From: an uncultured Candidatus Saccharibacteria bacterium
GTDB lineage: Bacteria; Patescibacteriota; Minisyncoccia; Phycocordibacterales; PALSA-1337
DNA length: 64,000 nt
Direction: 5' to 3'
Assembly: GCA_964495685.1 (NCBI GenBank)
Contig: CAZBVQ010000001.1
Coordinates: 233,521-297,520, forward strand
The position numbers and the translations under genes were made by a program. The notes below the pieces were generated by a model. The model did no database searches. It was given only the letters and a program-made list of their open reading frames with translations, and was not told the DNA's origin. Position 1 is the first letter of the stretch, and every line of letters begins with the position of its first letter. Below are positions 28,540-38,221 of the stretch, in pieces.

Positions 28540-29832
28540 TCAATTGGCCGTTTGTGCCCCCACACTATTGCCCGCCACATACCCAGTCGTCCAGCAGAGC
28601 TGCAGACTGTAGCCACCTGATGGTCGATCGATATTGAGTACATCGCCGACGATATGCAGATTGGGCACCAGCTTCGACTGCATCGTCTTGAAGTCGACTT
28701 CAGTAAGTACTACACCACCCGAAGTCACAATAGCTTTTTCTATACCAAGAAGACCTGTCGGTTGCATGTGTAAATCCTTCAAGAGTTTGACCAGATTCAG
28801 TCGTTCATCACGCGTCACGCTGTGGCAGAATGTATCTGGATTAATTCCTGAATTTTCAATAATAATTGGTACGAGCGAAGACGGGACGAGCGCATCGAGT
28901 GCGTTCTTGAACTTTTTGTTGCTTTCTTTTTTGAAGAGATCCTGGAGTGCGTCATTCAGTGTCGAATAGTCATGCTTCGGTAGTATGTCGAGCGATATCG
29001 TCACTGGGCCATATTTCAAGAGTTCACGAATATCTTTACTCATATTGAGGATAGTTGGGCCACTGACACCGAAATGGGTAAAAAGAATCTTACCTTTTTT
29101 CATGGCCTGTTTGGTTTCATTCTGGAACAGGGTAATTTTCACTTCCTTCAGTGTTACGCCTTGGAGCCGTTTCACCCAGTCATCGTGTATTTTCACCGGC
29201 ACCAACGCCGCATCGGCGTCGATGATGGTGTGACCGAGCTTTTTGAGCCACTCGAATCCTTCACCTGTCGAACCAGTCTCTGGTCGTGATTTGCCGCCAG
29301 TCGCTAGGATGAAAGATCGTGCATGAATACGCTCGCCGTTTTTGAGTTTGATGGATTCCAATTCTAGGCCCGGCCTGGAATGCGTGACTAGCTCTACCAC
29401 TTCTGCATTCGAGCGCACAGTGACATTCCCGTGCTTCATATATTCAACTAACACATCCCAGACAGACTGCGCCTTGTCGCTCACCGGAAATACGCGCTGC
29501 TCGGCTTCCACCTTGGTGGACATGCCACGCGAATTGAAAAATTCTAGTGTCTGCGTGACGTTGAATTGCGAAAACGCCGAGAACAGGAATTTGTCATTCT
29601 CCTTGAATTTGGAAAGGAGCGTACGAGTGTCGAATTCGGCATTGGTGACATTGCAGCGACCACCGCCGGTAATCAATAACTTTTTACCAAGAGACTTGTT
29701 CTTTTCGAGAAGAATCACTTTGAGTCCACGTTCGGCTGCACGTCCTGCGGCCATCATGCCAGCTGGTCCGCCACCGATCACGGCGACGTCGTATGTTTCC
29801 TGCAAATGGTGCGGGGAGGTGACTGTGGGCAT
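28540..29832 (-). CDS. HI0933/BaiN-like FAD-dependent flavoprotein
   Basis: YDVAVIGGGPAGMMAA...GGGRCNVTN. Confidence 0.85.
   Translation of the reverse strand: MPTVTSPHHLQETYDVAVIGGGPAGMMAAGRAAERGLKVILLEKNKSLGKKLLITGGGRCNVTNAEFDTRTLLSKFKENDKFLFSAFSQFNVTQTLEFFNSRGMSTKVEAEQRVFPVSDKAQSVWDVLVEYMKHGNVTVRSNAEVVELVTHSRPGLELESIKLKNGERIHARSFILATGGKSRPETGSTGEGFEWLKKLGHTIIDADAALVPVKIHDDWVKRLQGVTLKEVKITLFQNETKQAMKKGKILFTHFGVSGPTILNMSKDIRELLKYGPVTISLDILPKHDYSTLNDALQDLFKKESNKKFKNALDALVPSSLVPIIIENSGINPDTFCHSVTRDERLNLVKLLKDLHMQPTGLLGIEKAIVTSGGVVLTEVDFKTMQSKLVPNLHIVGDVLNIDRPSGGYSLQLCWTTGYVAGNSVGAQTAN
29363..29381. repeat. REP-like palindrome copy (variant TTCTAGGCCCGGCCTGGAA) inside the CDS
   Basis: Encodes SRPGLEL in frame within the HI0933-like gene. 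Confidence 0.6.
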
Positions 29833-29850
29833 AAAAAAAAGGGGGGGGGG
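29833..29850. repeat. Homopolymeric tract A8-G10 (C10-T8 on the coding strand), directly upstream of the start codon of 28540-29832
   Basis: ataAAAAAAAAGGGGGGGGGGaag between the pilin gene stop and the oxidoreductase ATG. Confidence 0.7.
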
Positions 29851-29868
29851 AAGTAGTTTCGTAGTTCG

Positions 29869-30465
29869 TTATGGATTCCTGAAACAGCCGAGAGGTGCCG
29901 ATGCACTATATTGGACAGATGAGCCATGTTCATATGATGTTGCTGTATCGGATTGACCATGACTACCTATACAGAGATAGGTTTTCTTGGAGGGGAGATA
30001 TGCGGCGATCGAATAATTCGATTTCATGCCACCAGGGACATTATTGGCAACGCCCATGATGAATGTGGGTGAGCTGCCAATCTCAGAGCCACCAGCCAAC
30101 GAGAGTATGTTGTCACAGATTCGAGCCGCTTCGCTGTTGGGTGTTCGTATGGCGCCAGAGAATATGCCAGAACAAGTCGTGCCACTGGTCCCTGTGAAGC
30201 AGTAATAACTTGTTCCAATGTCACCACCACATCCTCCGAAGGGAGCCATGTCGAATTGCATGTCGGAATAGTCACCTTTGTTGGAGAATGCCTGTTCATG
30301 GATAAGTTGCAATTGGCGCATTGCCGATCGGACAGCGGCATCTTTTGCCTTGAGTCGGGCACTGCCGAGGGATACGAGGACGACACTCGAAAGTAGGCCT
30401 ATGATAGAAATTACCACGAGAAGCTCGATTAATGTGAAGCCCTTGTGAGTCAGACCTCCTTTCAT
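29869..30465 (-). CDS. Type IV pilin-like protein (prepilin N-terminal methylation motif)
   Basis: MKGGLTHKG/FTLIELLVVISIIGLLSSVVL leader. Confidence 0.8.
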   Translation of the reverse strand: MKGGLTHKGFTLIELLVVISIIGLLSSVVLVSLGSARLKAKDAAVRSAMRQLQLIHEQAFSNKGDYSDMQFDMAPFGGCGGDIGTSYYCFTGTSGTTCSGIFSGAIRTPNSEAARICDNILSLAGGSEIGSSPTFIMGVANNVPGGMKSNYSIAAYLPSKKTYLCIGSHGQSDTATSYEHGSSVQYSASAPLGCFRNP

Positions 30466-30623
30466 ACATGTATCATAGCACATGTGGGTGTTATTGACTT
30501 TCTCACCCAAATAGTATATAGTAATGGCCTATTCATCTCTCATTGTTCGCCTTTCGACTTATAGGCTTTTGATGGGATACGGCCTTACTGGCACCCATCA
30601 CTGGGCGAATAGTAATCAAATAT

Positions 30624-31886
30624 ATGTATCAAAAACACTTCAGAGGTGGTGGCCACCGTTCTGCGCATGCAGGAGGTCCCGCCAAACAGTTTAGTTATCG
30701 CAAACCCGCAAGTCGCGGAGGTTTTCGTGGTGGTCATGGAGGCGGCAGGGGACGCGGTGGTCGTGGTCCTGGTGGCGGATTTTCCAAATTCATCGATCCA
30801 TCCAAGTTCATCAACAAGGCCGTCATTACCGAGAAGGTCGAGCACTTCGTGCCTGATCATCAGTTCACTGACTTTGCTGTCGATGCTCGTCTCAAGCAAA
30901 ACATCGTCACCAAAGGATATGTGACCCCGACACCCATTCAAGACAAATCAATCCCTCATATTTTGCGTGGGGCAGATCTTGTCGGTATCGCCAACACAGG
31001 TACTGGTAAGACTGCAGCTTTCCTCATTCCTCTTATCGACAAAATACTCAAGAACCCTCGCGAGAAAATCATGATTGTCGTACCGACACGTGAGCTTGCT
31101 CAGCAGATTGAGGAAGAGTTCAAAGGATTCGTGCGTGGTCTGCCTCTTTGGGCAGTCTGTTGCGTCGGTGGTGCGAGTATTGTGCCACAGCTCAAGGCGC
31201 TCTCTCGTCAGTACAATGTCGTCATTGGTACACCTGGTCGTCTCAAGGACTTGATCGAGCGCGGCAAGATTCGCCTCGCTGAATACAGTACTGTCGTCCT
31301 CGATGAGGCAGATCGCATGCTTGATATGGGATTCATTGGTGATATCAAATTCATGTTGGCTGGTATGCCTGAGAAGCGTCATACGTTGTTCTTCTCAGCG
31401 ACTATGTCTCCGGAGATCAAGGCACTCATTTCTCATTTCTTGAAAGATCCAGTCAGCATCTCAGTAAAGACTGCCGATACTGCTCAGTCTGTCGATCAGG
31501 ATGTGGTCCGTGTGCCAGTGGGCAAGAATAAGCTCGACGTGCTCGCTGATTTGCTCAGTCAGCCTGGATTCACCAAGGTTATTATTTTCGGTAAGACCAA
31601 GCATGGTGTACAGCGTCTTGCTGGCGATCTCATGAAGCGTGGTTTCAAAGCTGAAGCGATCCACGGCAACAAGAGTCAGAGTCAGCGTATGCGCGCACTC
31701 AAACTCTTCAAGGATCATCATGTGCAGATCCTCACGGCTACTGACGTGGCTGCTCGTGGTCTCGATATTTCTGGCGTGACTCACGTCATCAACTTCGACA
31801 TTCCTGCTACCTATGAAGATTACGTGCACCGCATCGGTCGTACTGGTCGTGCGGGCAGTAAGGGCAAGGCGTTGACGTTTGTGTAA
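30624..31886 (+). CDS. DEAD-box ATP-dependent RNA helicase with N-terminal Gly/Arg-rich tail
   Basis: Q-motif, ANTGTGKTAAF, DEAD, SAT, HRIGRTGRAG. Confidence 0.9.
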   Translation: MYQKHFRGGGHRSAHAGGPAKQFSYRKPASRGGFRGGHGGGRGRGGRGPGGGFSKFIDPSKFINKAVITEKVEHFVPDHQFTDFAVDARLKQNIVTKGYVTPTPIQDKSIPHILRGADLVGIANTGTGKTAAFLIPLIDKILKNPREKIMIVVPTRELAQQIEEEFKGFVRGLPLWAVCCVGGASIVPQLKALSRQYNVVIGTPGRLKDLIERGKIRLAEYSTVVLDEADRMLDMGFIGDIKFMLAGMPEKRHTLFFSATMSPEIKALISHFLKDPVSISVKTADTAQSVDQDVVRVPVGKNKLDVLADLLSQPGFTKVIIFGKTKHGVQRLAGDLMKRGFKAEAIHGNKSQSQRMRALKLFKDHHVQILTATDVAARGLDISGVTHVINFDIPATYEDYVHRIGRTGRAGSKGKALTFV

Positions 31887-32051
31887 AAAAGCTTGCGCGA
31901 TAAATACAGTTTAGGAGCAACTATGGGCACTATTGACATAGTTGCTTTATAGATGTATACTGCAGTAAATTCTTTGAATAACCTGTCTGCTTCTGGTGCC
32001 GCTTTGGAGCGGAGCTTTAGGTGGACTCAACACAAGAAAGTGAGGAAAGTT

Positions 32052-32702
32052 ATGAGCAAAAAAATGCTTGTTACTTCAAATCAGACGGATGCAGTTCGTG
32101 ACATGGCCAATGCCAAGGGTGTGACCCGGGCAGAGTTTCAGGCGGCTCAGGATGATGGCAGGATTGCCCGATTCTTGAATAGCCTCAAGGGTTGTGCGAA
32201 TAGCACTGACCTTACGGGGCTCACCCCACCTCCCGGTGCCCGTCTCCACATCGTACGCATCCACTTCAAACCGGACTATGAATGGCAGGAAGCGGTGAAT
32301 GCTGCCGGTCCCAACACTCCGAGTGATTACAATGTTCGGAAAGTCGGGGATCAGTATCCACCGGCGGGTACGGAAGAAATCGAGGAGGATCTCATTCTCC
32401 TCAACTTCCCGAATGGTGATGGCTTTGATGCAGCGCTTGCCTGGGCGGCTTCCAAGCAATTGGAAAAAACTGTCCCGCGTGAAGTGTTTGCCATCGGAGA
32501 GCAACATCCTAAACTGCATGAGGTACTCGGACAAAATCCGATGTATGTCGCTGCAACAAAGGAATGTACCTTTGGGGGCTTTCGCCACGCGTGTTGTGTC
32601 TGGTGGTATGGCTCGGGGCGCGAGGCGCGCTTGCCCTGGGTCAAGCGCTTCGCTTACAGCCGCGCTTGGTTTGCCTTCCGCAAGTCAGCTCTCAAAACTT
32701 AG
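32052..32702 (+). CDS. Hypothetical protein
   Basis: Start placed at the ATG preceded by GAGGAAAG (an RBS-like sequence). Confidence 0.4.
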   Translation: MSKKMLVTSNQTDAVRDMANAKGVTRAEFQAAQDDGRIARFLNSLKGCANSTDLTGLTPPPGARLHIVRIHFKPDYEWQEAVNAAGPNTPSDYNVRKVGDQYPPAGTEEIEEDLILLNFPNGDGFDAALAWAASKQLEKTVPREVFAIGEQHPKLHEVLGQNPMYVAATKECTFGGFRHACCVWWYGSGREARLPWVKRFAYSRAWFAFRKSALKT

Positions 32703-32917
32703 GACCTCGGTTCTTTTGGATCCTTAGTCCTTTGTTCTTCGATTACAAAACGCTGGAGAGCGTTCGACAAATACTTCACCCCTTCAGCAATCTGGCTAGA
32801 GGGGTTTGTTGTTTTTTTGTTTTATCTATTAAATAACGTCCCGAATTTCGAACTTCAAATTTCTCTGCTATAATCAACCCATTATCAACGGTTGATATAA
32901 CATTACAACGTACCGCA

Positions 32918-33301
32918 ATGGCAATTGCATTTCTTATTGGTCGCATCATTTTCGGAGGATATTTCTTGCTGAATTCGTACAACCACCTGGTCCATTCTGG
33001 TCACATGGTGGGATATGCACAGTCCAAGGGTGTCCCATCAGCGCGTCTCGCCATCGTCGCCTCAGGGATCCTGCTCCTCATCGGAGGTCTCTCAGTCGTC
33101 CTCGGCTATTGTCCGCTCATCGGTGCTATCGCACTCATTGTGTTCTTGGTCCCGGTGACATTCAAGATGCATGATTTCTGGAAAATTCAGGACCCCATGG
33201 CGCGCATGGGTGAGCGTATCGCATTTGAGAAAAATTTGGCGCTCATCGGTGCTGCACTCATGATGTTGGCAGTATCGGTCCCGTGGCCGTATTCTATCTA
33301 G
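32918..33301 (+). CDS. DoxX family membrane protein
   Basis: IGRIIFGGYFLLNSYNHL... four TM helices. Confidence 0.75.
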   Translation: MAIAFLIGRIIFGGYFLLNSYNHLVHSGHMVGYAQSKGVPSARLAIVASGILLLIGGLSVVLGYCPLIGAIALIVFLVPVTFKMHDFWKIQDPMARMGERIAFEKNLALIGAALMMLAVSVPWPYSI

Positions 33302-33307
33302 TGTAAT

Positions 33308-33326
33308 CCTAGGCCCGGCCTAGAAA
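33308..33326. repeat. REP-like palindrome copy (CCTAGGCCCGGCCTAGAA)
   Basis: Immediately after the DoxX stop codon, between convergent genes. Followed by a second hairpin CCCGGCCTCCtgggGGAGACCGG at 33333-33355. Confidence 0.75.
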
Positions 33327-33373
33327 TAAAAACCCGGCCTCCTGGGGGAGACCGGTGAAATCGGACTAGGAAC

Positions 33374-33790
33374 TCACGTCACTGCGGGTTCAGGTGATAG
33401 TCCCCTCACTAGGGCTGGTACCAGATTGACATGAGCCTGCGTGAAGTATCCTTTGGGCAAAACAGTAGTGGGCATAATTTGCTTTTTGTCTCGAGGATGC
33501 GGAAGATTGAAGTGCAGTCGGCCAGCATCTTGAACGCGCGGCAGACCGGCGACGGTCGTGTCGAAGGTCACCGACTGTTTGTCAACCTCAGTGCAAAAAT
33601 CCCACATGTGGTCGCCAGATGCGGGATTTACCGCCTTTTTGGCACACCATTCACGTACGAAGGTAAATGTACTGTCGTCGTCGGACAGTTTCATTTGCTG
33701 GATCGGTCCGCAGTAACGCATTCCGTCGAGAACTATTTCAATGTCCCCGCCGATATATTTCGGATTTTCGAGAACTTCTTTCCATTTCAT
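33374..33790 (-). CDS. Hypothetical protein
   Basis: 138-aa ORF with no recognised motif. Confidence 0.45.
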   Translation of the reverse strand: MKWKEVLENPKYIGGDIEIVLDGMRYCGPIQQMKLSDDDSTFTFVREWCAKKAVNPASGDHMWDFCTEVDKQSVTFDTTVAGLPRVQDAGRLHFNLPHPRDKKQIMPTTVLPKGYFTQAHVNLVPALVRGLSPEPAVT

Positions 33791-33872
33791 AGGTCAACTT
33801 TCGTTCAAAGGTTCATATCGATACTACATCACACTCCACAGTCTAGTCAATAAGTCATGGTATACTTCTTCC

Positions 33873-35498
33873 ATGCTCAATCAGCGTGACATTGCAAACC
33901 TTATCGATGGTGATATCGACACCTCCTCGTCGACATTACGTACCGCAAGTCACGACGCTAGTATTTTCGAAGTCATGCCTGAGGCTGTCGTACGTCCACG
34001 GACTGTGGCTGATATCCAGAAGCTGGTTCGTTATGTATCAGGCCAGAAAGGGATCAGTCTGACCGCGCGCTCGGCGGGTACTGACATGTCCGGTGGGCCA
34101 CTATCGTCATCCATTGTTGTTGATTTCTTGAAATATTTCAATCGTATTATCAAGGTCGTCGACGGATATGCCGTGACACAGCCGGGCGTGTATTATCGCG
34201 ACTTCGATCGAGTCACACAGAAGACAGGTCAGATACTGCCAAGTTACCCAGCGTCCCGTGAGATCTGTACAGTAGGTGGCATGGTTGCCAACAACTCTGG
34301 CGGCGAAAAGACGCTCCAGTATGGCAAAACAGAACGCTACGTTCGTCGGCTCAAAATGGTCTGCGCTGATGGAGTCGAGCACGAATTCACGCCACTTACA
34401 TTCCACCAACTCGAGCAGGCCAAGAAATTTCCTACATTCGAGAGTAATGTCTATGTACAGATGCACGAGCTCATCACCGAGAATTGGGATCTGATCCAGC
34501 GTGCTCGTCCACGTGTCAGCAAGAATTCCTGTGGATACTATCTCTGGAATGTTATGGACAAAGAAAAGGGAATATTTGATCTGACCAAACTCATTGTCGG
34601 TTCACAAGGTACACTTGGCCTTATTACCGAGATTGAGTTTGCATTGGTAAAGCCCAAGAAACATTCACGCCTACTGGTAGTATTCCTCAAAGATATGGCT
34701 CTCTTGGCACCGACAGCGGCGCACATCATGACATTCAAGCCAGAAAGTTTCGAGTCATATGACGATCATACCTTCAAAGTGGCCTTCAGATTCTTACCAC
34801 GACTGATCAGGCAGATGGGTGGCAATATATTCAAGCTGGGCCTCAAATTTATTCCTGAAGTCTGGGCGGTCCTGACTGGTGGTGTACCCAAGATGGTGCT
34901 CATGGCTGAGTTTACCGCTGACACACCAGAAGAGGCGTTGCGCATGGCCACTGAGGCACAGCAGTCGCTACGTGAATTGCATGAGAAGACGACGTTGACC
35001 AAGACAGCTGAAGATGCGCACAAGTACTGGGTGATTCGCCGTGAAAGTTTCAATATGCTCCGTCACTCGGTCCACAATGTGCGCACGGCTCCGTTCATCG
35101 ATGATTTCGCCGTGCCGCCCGAGACGCTCAATGAATTCCTGCCACGACTGTATGCTATTCTCGATCAGTACAAACTGACCTATACGATCGCTGGTCATAT
35201 CGGGGATGGCAATTTCCACATTATTCCGCTCATGAATTTGCATGAAGCTCACTCGCATGAGGTGATCAAAGAACTCTCGGTCAAAGTCTATGAGCTTATT
35301 CACCAATTCAAGGGCACCATCACGGCTGAGCATAATGATGGACTGATCCGCACACCATTCGTGAAGATGCAGTATGGGGATGAGATGTATGCCTTGTTCG
35401 AGAAGGTCAAGAAGATCTGGGATCCTAAGGGTATTTTCAATCCAGGCAAGAAAGTGGGGATGACCTGGGAACAGGCGGTGGGGAAGATTGTGAAGTAA
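33873..35498 (+). CDS. FAD-linked oxidase (GlcD/D-lactate dehydrogenase family)
   Basis: FAD_binding_4 N-terminus (RSAGTDMSGGPL) and a FAD-oxidase C-terminal domain. Start trimmed to MLNQRDIANL to avoid the convergent gene. Confidence 0.85.
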   Translation: MLNQRDIANLIDGDIDTSSSTLRTASHDASIFEVMPEAVVRPRTVADIQKLVRYVSGQKGISLTARSAGTDMSGGPLSSSIVVDFLKYFNRIIKVVDGYAVTQPGVYYRDFDRVTQKTGQILPSYPASREICTVGGMVANNSGGEKTLQYGKTERYVRRLKMVCADGVEHEFTPLTFHQLEQAKKFPTFESNVYVQMHELITENWDLIQRARPRVSKNSCGYYLWNVMDKEKGIFDLTKLIVGSQGTLGLITEIEFALVKPKKHSRLLVVFLKDMALLAPTAAHIMTFKPESFESYDDHTFKVAFRFLPRLIRQMGGNIFKLGLKFIPEVWAVLTGGVPKMVLMAEFTADTPEEALRMATEAQQSLRELHEKTTLTKTAEDAHKYWVIRRESFNMLRHSVHNVRTAPFIDDFAVPPETLNEFLPRLYAILDQYKLTYTIAGHIGDGNFHIIPLMNLHEAHSHEVIKELSVKVYELIHQFKGTITAEHNDGLIRTPFVKMQYGDEMYALFEKVKKIWDPKGIFNPGKKVGMTWEQAVGKIVK

Positions 35499-35499
35499 T

Positions 35500-36054
35500 A
35501 TGAAACTCATTAACAGAATTCCAACTATTGAAGTTAAGCGTACCTTTGTTATTTCTGATTACGCGAAGAAGGTGTCTGTTGACCAAGCGAAGAAAAAAGT
35601 ATTGGCAATGTCGGAGAAACAGCTCAATGCAATTATCAAAAAAGGGTATGCAAAAAGATTGGCAGCGTACAATAGAAGCGTGTGGTATTTAGCTCAAGTA
35701 CCTGTGGCTGAAGCTGGTGTATGGAAACGCGCTGGCGGACTACCACTGAATTGGACGAATGATTCATTGCTGAGAACTGCGACGTTGATCCGTGAACGTG
35801 GTTTTTCTCGATTTAGAGTTCATGCGCAGCGTGCAAAAAAGGTTATTCCGCTTGTGTTGAACAATTCAATTCTGTTGGAGCAGCAAGAAAAATATTTATT
35901 ACCAATAGGATTCAAACATGGTACAGGTACACCGGCTCGATCACGTCTCAAAAGAAAAGTCGCTGTAGATATCGATGACGGCTGTATGAGATCTATTGCG
36001 ATGGCCGTATCTGGGAAGAGGTTGATGCGGATGTATGTGGGGATGCCAGAATAA
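35500..36054 (+). CDS. Hypothetical basic protein
   Basis: 184 aa. Followed by a GCAATTG palindrome hairpin and a T-run at 36080-36105. Confidence 0.45.
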   Translation: MKLINRIPTIEVKRTFVISDYAKKVSVDQAKKKVLAMSEKQLNAIIKKGYAKRLAAYNRSVWYLAQVPVAEAGVWKRAGGLPLNWTNDSLLRTATLIRERGFSRFRVHAQRAKKVIPLVLNNSILLEQQEKYLLPIGFKHGTGTPARSRLKRKVAVDIDDGCMRSIAMAVSGKRLMRMYVGMPE

Positions 36055-36130
36055 AAAGTGATTTGGTAGTCTCTAGATCCAATTGCAATAGACAATTGCT
36101 TTTTCCTCAGTTGGAGTATATAAATGACCC

Positions 36131-36850
36131 ATGGCGCCGATCACTTCTCAGATACAAAATCAGATCATCAGCAAACTCAAGAACGCAAAACAGTTGCGCT
36201 ATAGCGAGATCCAGCCCAAGGGTGTGCCCAATGATCTGTATAACTACCACCTCCAATTTCTGGTCAAAAAGGACTACGTCATCAAATCAGATGATGGCTA
36301 TTCGTTGTCGCCGCTCGGTGTGAAGCACGTAGCAGACTTCAATCCGCCCACAGAAGATAATGCGCCGGTCAATGTATTCAAGGTCAATGTTCTCACGGTG
36401 CTTTCGCGCATCAATAAAGGCAAAATAGAAATTCTCAATCAGGTGCGAAAGTCCAATCCTTCATATGGCAAGGTTGGTGTTATGGGTGGTGTGGTCCGCA
36501 AAGGTGAATCAACAGAAGATGCAGCCACCCGCAAACTGCTCGTCGAGACGGGTCTCGAGGCAGTTTTCAAAGTCGTCGGTATCCAACGTCGCACCATGTA
36601 CATCAAAGACGAGCTTTTCTCTGATGTGCTATTTCCGATTGCATATAGCGATGAATGTTTTGGTGATCTGATCGAAGATACCGAGTATGGTCACAACATG
36701 TGGGTGCCCATAGATGATGCTATCGAGAATGATTCTGCTGAGTTCGATTCTATCAAGAAATTACCCGATGTTCTTCGTGCCATCAAGGACGGTTCTGTTT
36801 GGAAGTTGCCATTTTTCTACGACGAGGATATTCAGAGTGGAGAGTTCTAG
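36131..36850 (+). CDS. Winged-HTH plus Nudix hydrolase fusion protein
   Basis: N-terminal wHTH-like segment. Nudix box GGVVRKGESTEDAATRKLLVETGL. Confidence 0.7.
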   Translation: MAPITSQIQNQIISKLKNAKQLRYSEIQPKGVPNDLYNYHLQFLVKKDYVIKSDDGYSLSPLGVKHVADFNPPTEDNAPVNVFKVNVLTVLSRINKGKIEILNQVRKSNPSYGKVGVMGGVVRKGESTEDAATRKLLVETGLEAVFKVVGIQRRTMYIKDELFSDVLFPIAYSDECFGDLIEDTEYGHNMWVPIDDAIENDSAEFDSIKKLPDVLRAIKDGSVWKLPFFYDEDIQSGEF

Positions 36851-36868
36851 TTCTAGGCCGGGCCTAGG
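36850..36868. repeat. REP-like palindrome copy (TTCTAGGCCGGGCCTAGGA)
   Basis: Starts on the last base of the stop codon of 36131-36850. Confidence 0.75.
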
Positions 36869-36923
36869 AAGTTACCGAAGAGTCTTCGCTAGTTTATCTG
36901 TATGGTAATAGTAGTATGAACCC

Positions 36924-37334
36924 ATGATTCTTGCCGTTGGTGTCAAAGTGTTGCTGAAGAACAAAAAGGGTAAGTACCTTATTGTCAAAAGGGCGCCATC
37001 CAAATACAAAGGGATAAATAGTACCTGGGATATTCTCGGAGGTCGGATTCGGCCAGGAAGTTTACTTATAGATAATCTTGAACGAGAAGTTATGGAGGAA
37101 AGTGGTTTGCGATTGACGTCGCTGCCGCGGTTGATTGGGGCACAAGACATTTTATGGTATGAACGGAATACACATGTGGTGCGTCTTACCTACATTGCCG
37201 AAACAGACGGAGAACCGGTATTGAATGCTCAGGAGCATGTGGCGTATCGATGGCTAGACATTAAAGCTATAAAAAATAAAAGGAAACTCGATGTGTACCT
37301 CAAGGAGATATTAAACACGGTGGCGGATGTATAG
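36924..37334 (+). CDS. Nudix hydrolase
   Basis: Nudix box GGRIRPGSLLIDNLEREVMEESGL. Confidence 0.8.
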   Translation: MILAVGVKVLLKNKKGKYLIVKRAPSKYKGINSTWDILGGRIRPGSLLIDNLEREVMEESGLRLTSLPRLIGAQDILWYERNTHVVRLTYIAETDGEPVLNAQEHVAYRWLDIKAIKNKRKLDVYLKEILNTVADV

Positions 37335-37419
37335 CTGATGTGTTGCCGAGGGCGCCCTCGCTTACCTGTTTTACTGAGGTCTGTATTATTGTAGTGAACA
37401 TTGAACAAGTAAAATATCT

Positions 37420-37701
37420 ATGAAAGAATCTAAAGAAAAACCATCGGCTATTGTTATCAATTTTTCTCTCGCTCGCATGTGGGGCAAGGTTGGCCCCCTT
37501 AAAGACGAGAAGGAGGTGCATGAATGGTGTGTATCTTTTCGGAGGATTGCTGTAGAGCAAAAAGCAGATATGACGGCACTCCCTTTGGAAAATGTCGCAG
37601 ATATTTTTCATGGAGTGTGTTGTCATGATTACCTACCATCCAAGGATGCTTGTGCAATAATTACCAACGCACGAGCGACCGCACTGATTGGGCCAAGGTG
37701 A
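37420..37701 (+). CDS. Hypothetical protein
   Basis: 93-aa ORF. Confidence 0.35.
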   Translation: MKESKEKPSAIVINFSLARMWGKVGPLKDEKEVHEWCVSFRRIAVEQKADMTALPLENVADIFHGVCCHDYLPSKDACAIITNARATALIGPR

Positions 37702-37729
37702 TAGCGTATCGTGTGTTATAAGTAATTCC

Positions 37730-38161
37730 ATGTATTGCATCTACTGCACATCCCCCGATATCAGATCCCGCGAAATCGTCGGCGATGATAGTGCGTGGGC
37801 GTTTCCTACGAACATTCCAATCACTCCTGGCCACACTCTCGTTGCACCCCGACGGTGTGTGGCGCGCTATGAGGACTTGACCGCCGGAGAACGTGAGGCG
37901 ATCGAGCAATTGCGAATGCGTATCACTGTCGCTCTCAAGAAGTCATTCGGTGCCGTTGGGTTCAACTTCGCCTGGAATGACGGCAAGCTTGCTGGACAAT
38001 CAGTGCTACATTTCCACTTGCACGTTGTGCCTCGCCAAGAAGGGGACACTGGTGTACTGGAATATGAACCACGCAAGTTCCTGTATCGTCCTGGTGAACG
38101 TGAAGCTACGTCCGAGGCTGAGCTACTGGCAGTTTGTGCACTCATTAGACAAGCGTTGTAA
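37730..38161 (+). CDS. HIT family (histidine triad) nucleotide hydrolase
   Basis: HFHLHVVPR histidine triad. Start trimmed to MYCIYC. Confidence 0.85.
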   Translation: MYCIYCTSPDIRSREIVGDDSAWAFPTNIPITPGHTLVAPRRCVARYEDLTAGEREAIEQLRMRITVALKKSFGAVGFNFAWNDGKLAGQSVLHFHLHVVPRQEGDTGVLEYEPRKFLYRPGEREATSEAELLAVCALIRQAL

Positions 38162-38221
38162 ATCGTTTCAGGAAATTTCAGCCGCCTTCACGGGCGGCTT
38201 TTTAGTGATATTATTATCGCC

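Noticed and set aside
29841-29850. G10 run as genuine biology only
   Set aside because: I kept it as a finding but cannot exclude a poly-G sequencing or assembly artefact, so it is not annotated as a definitive phase-variation site.
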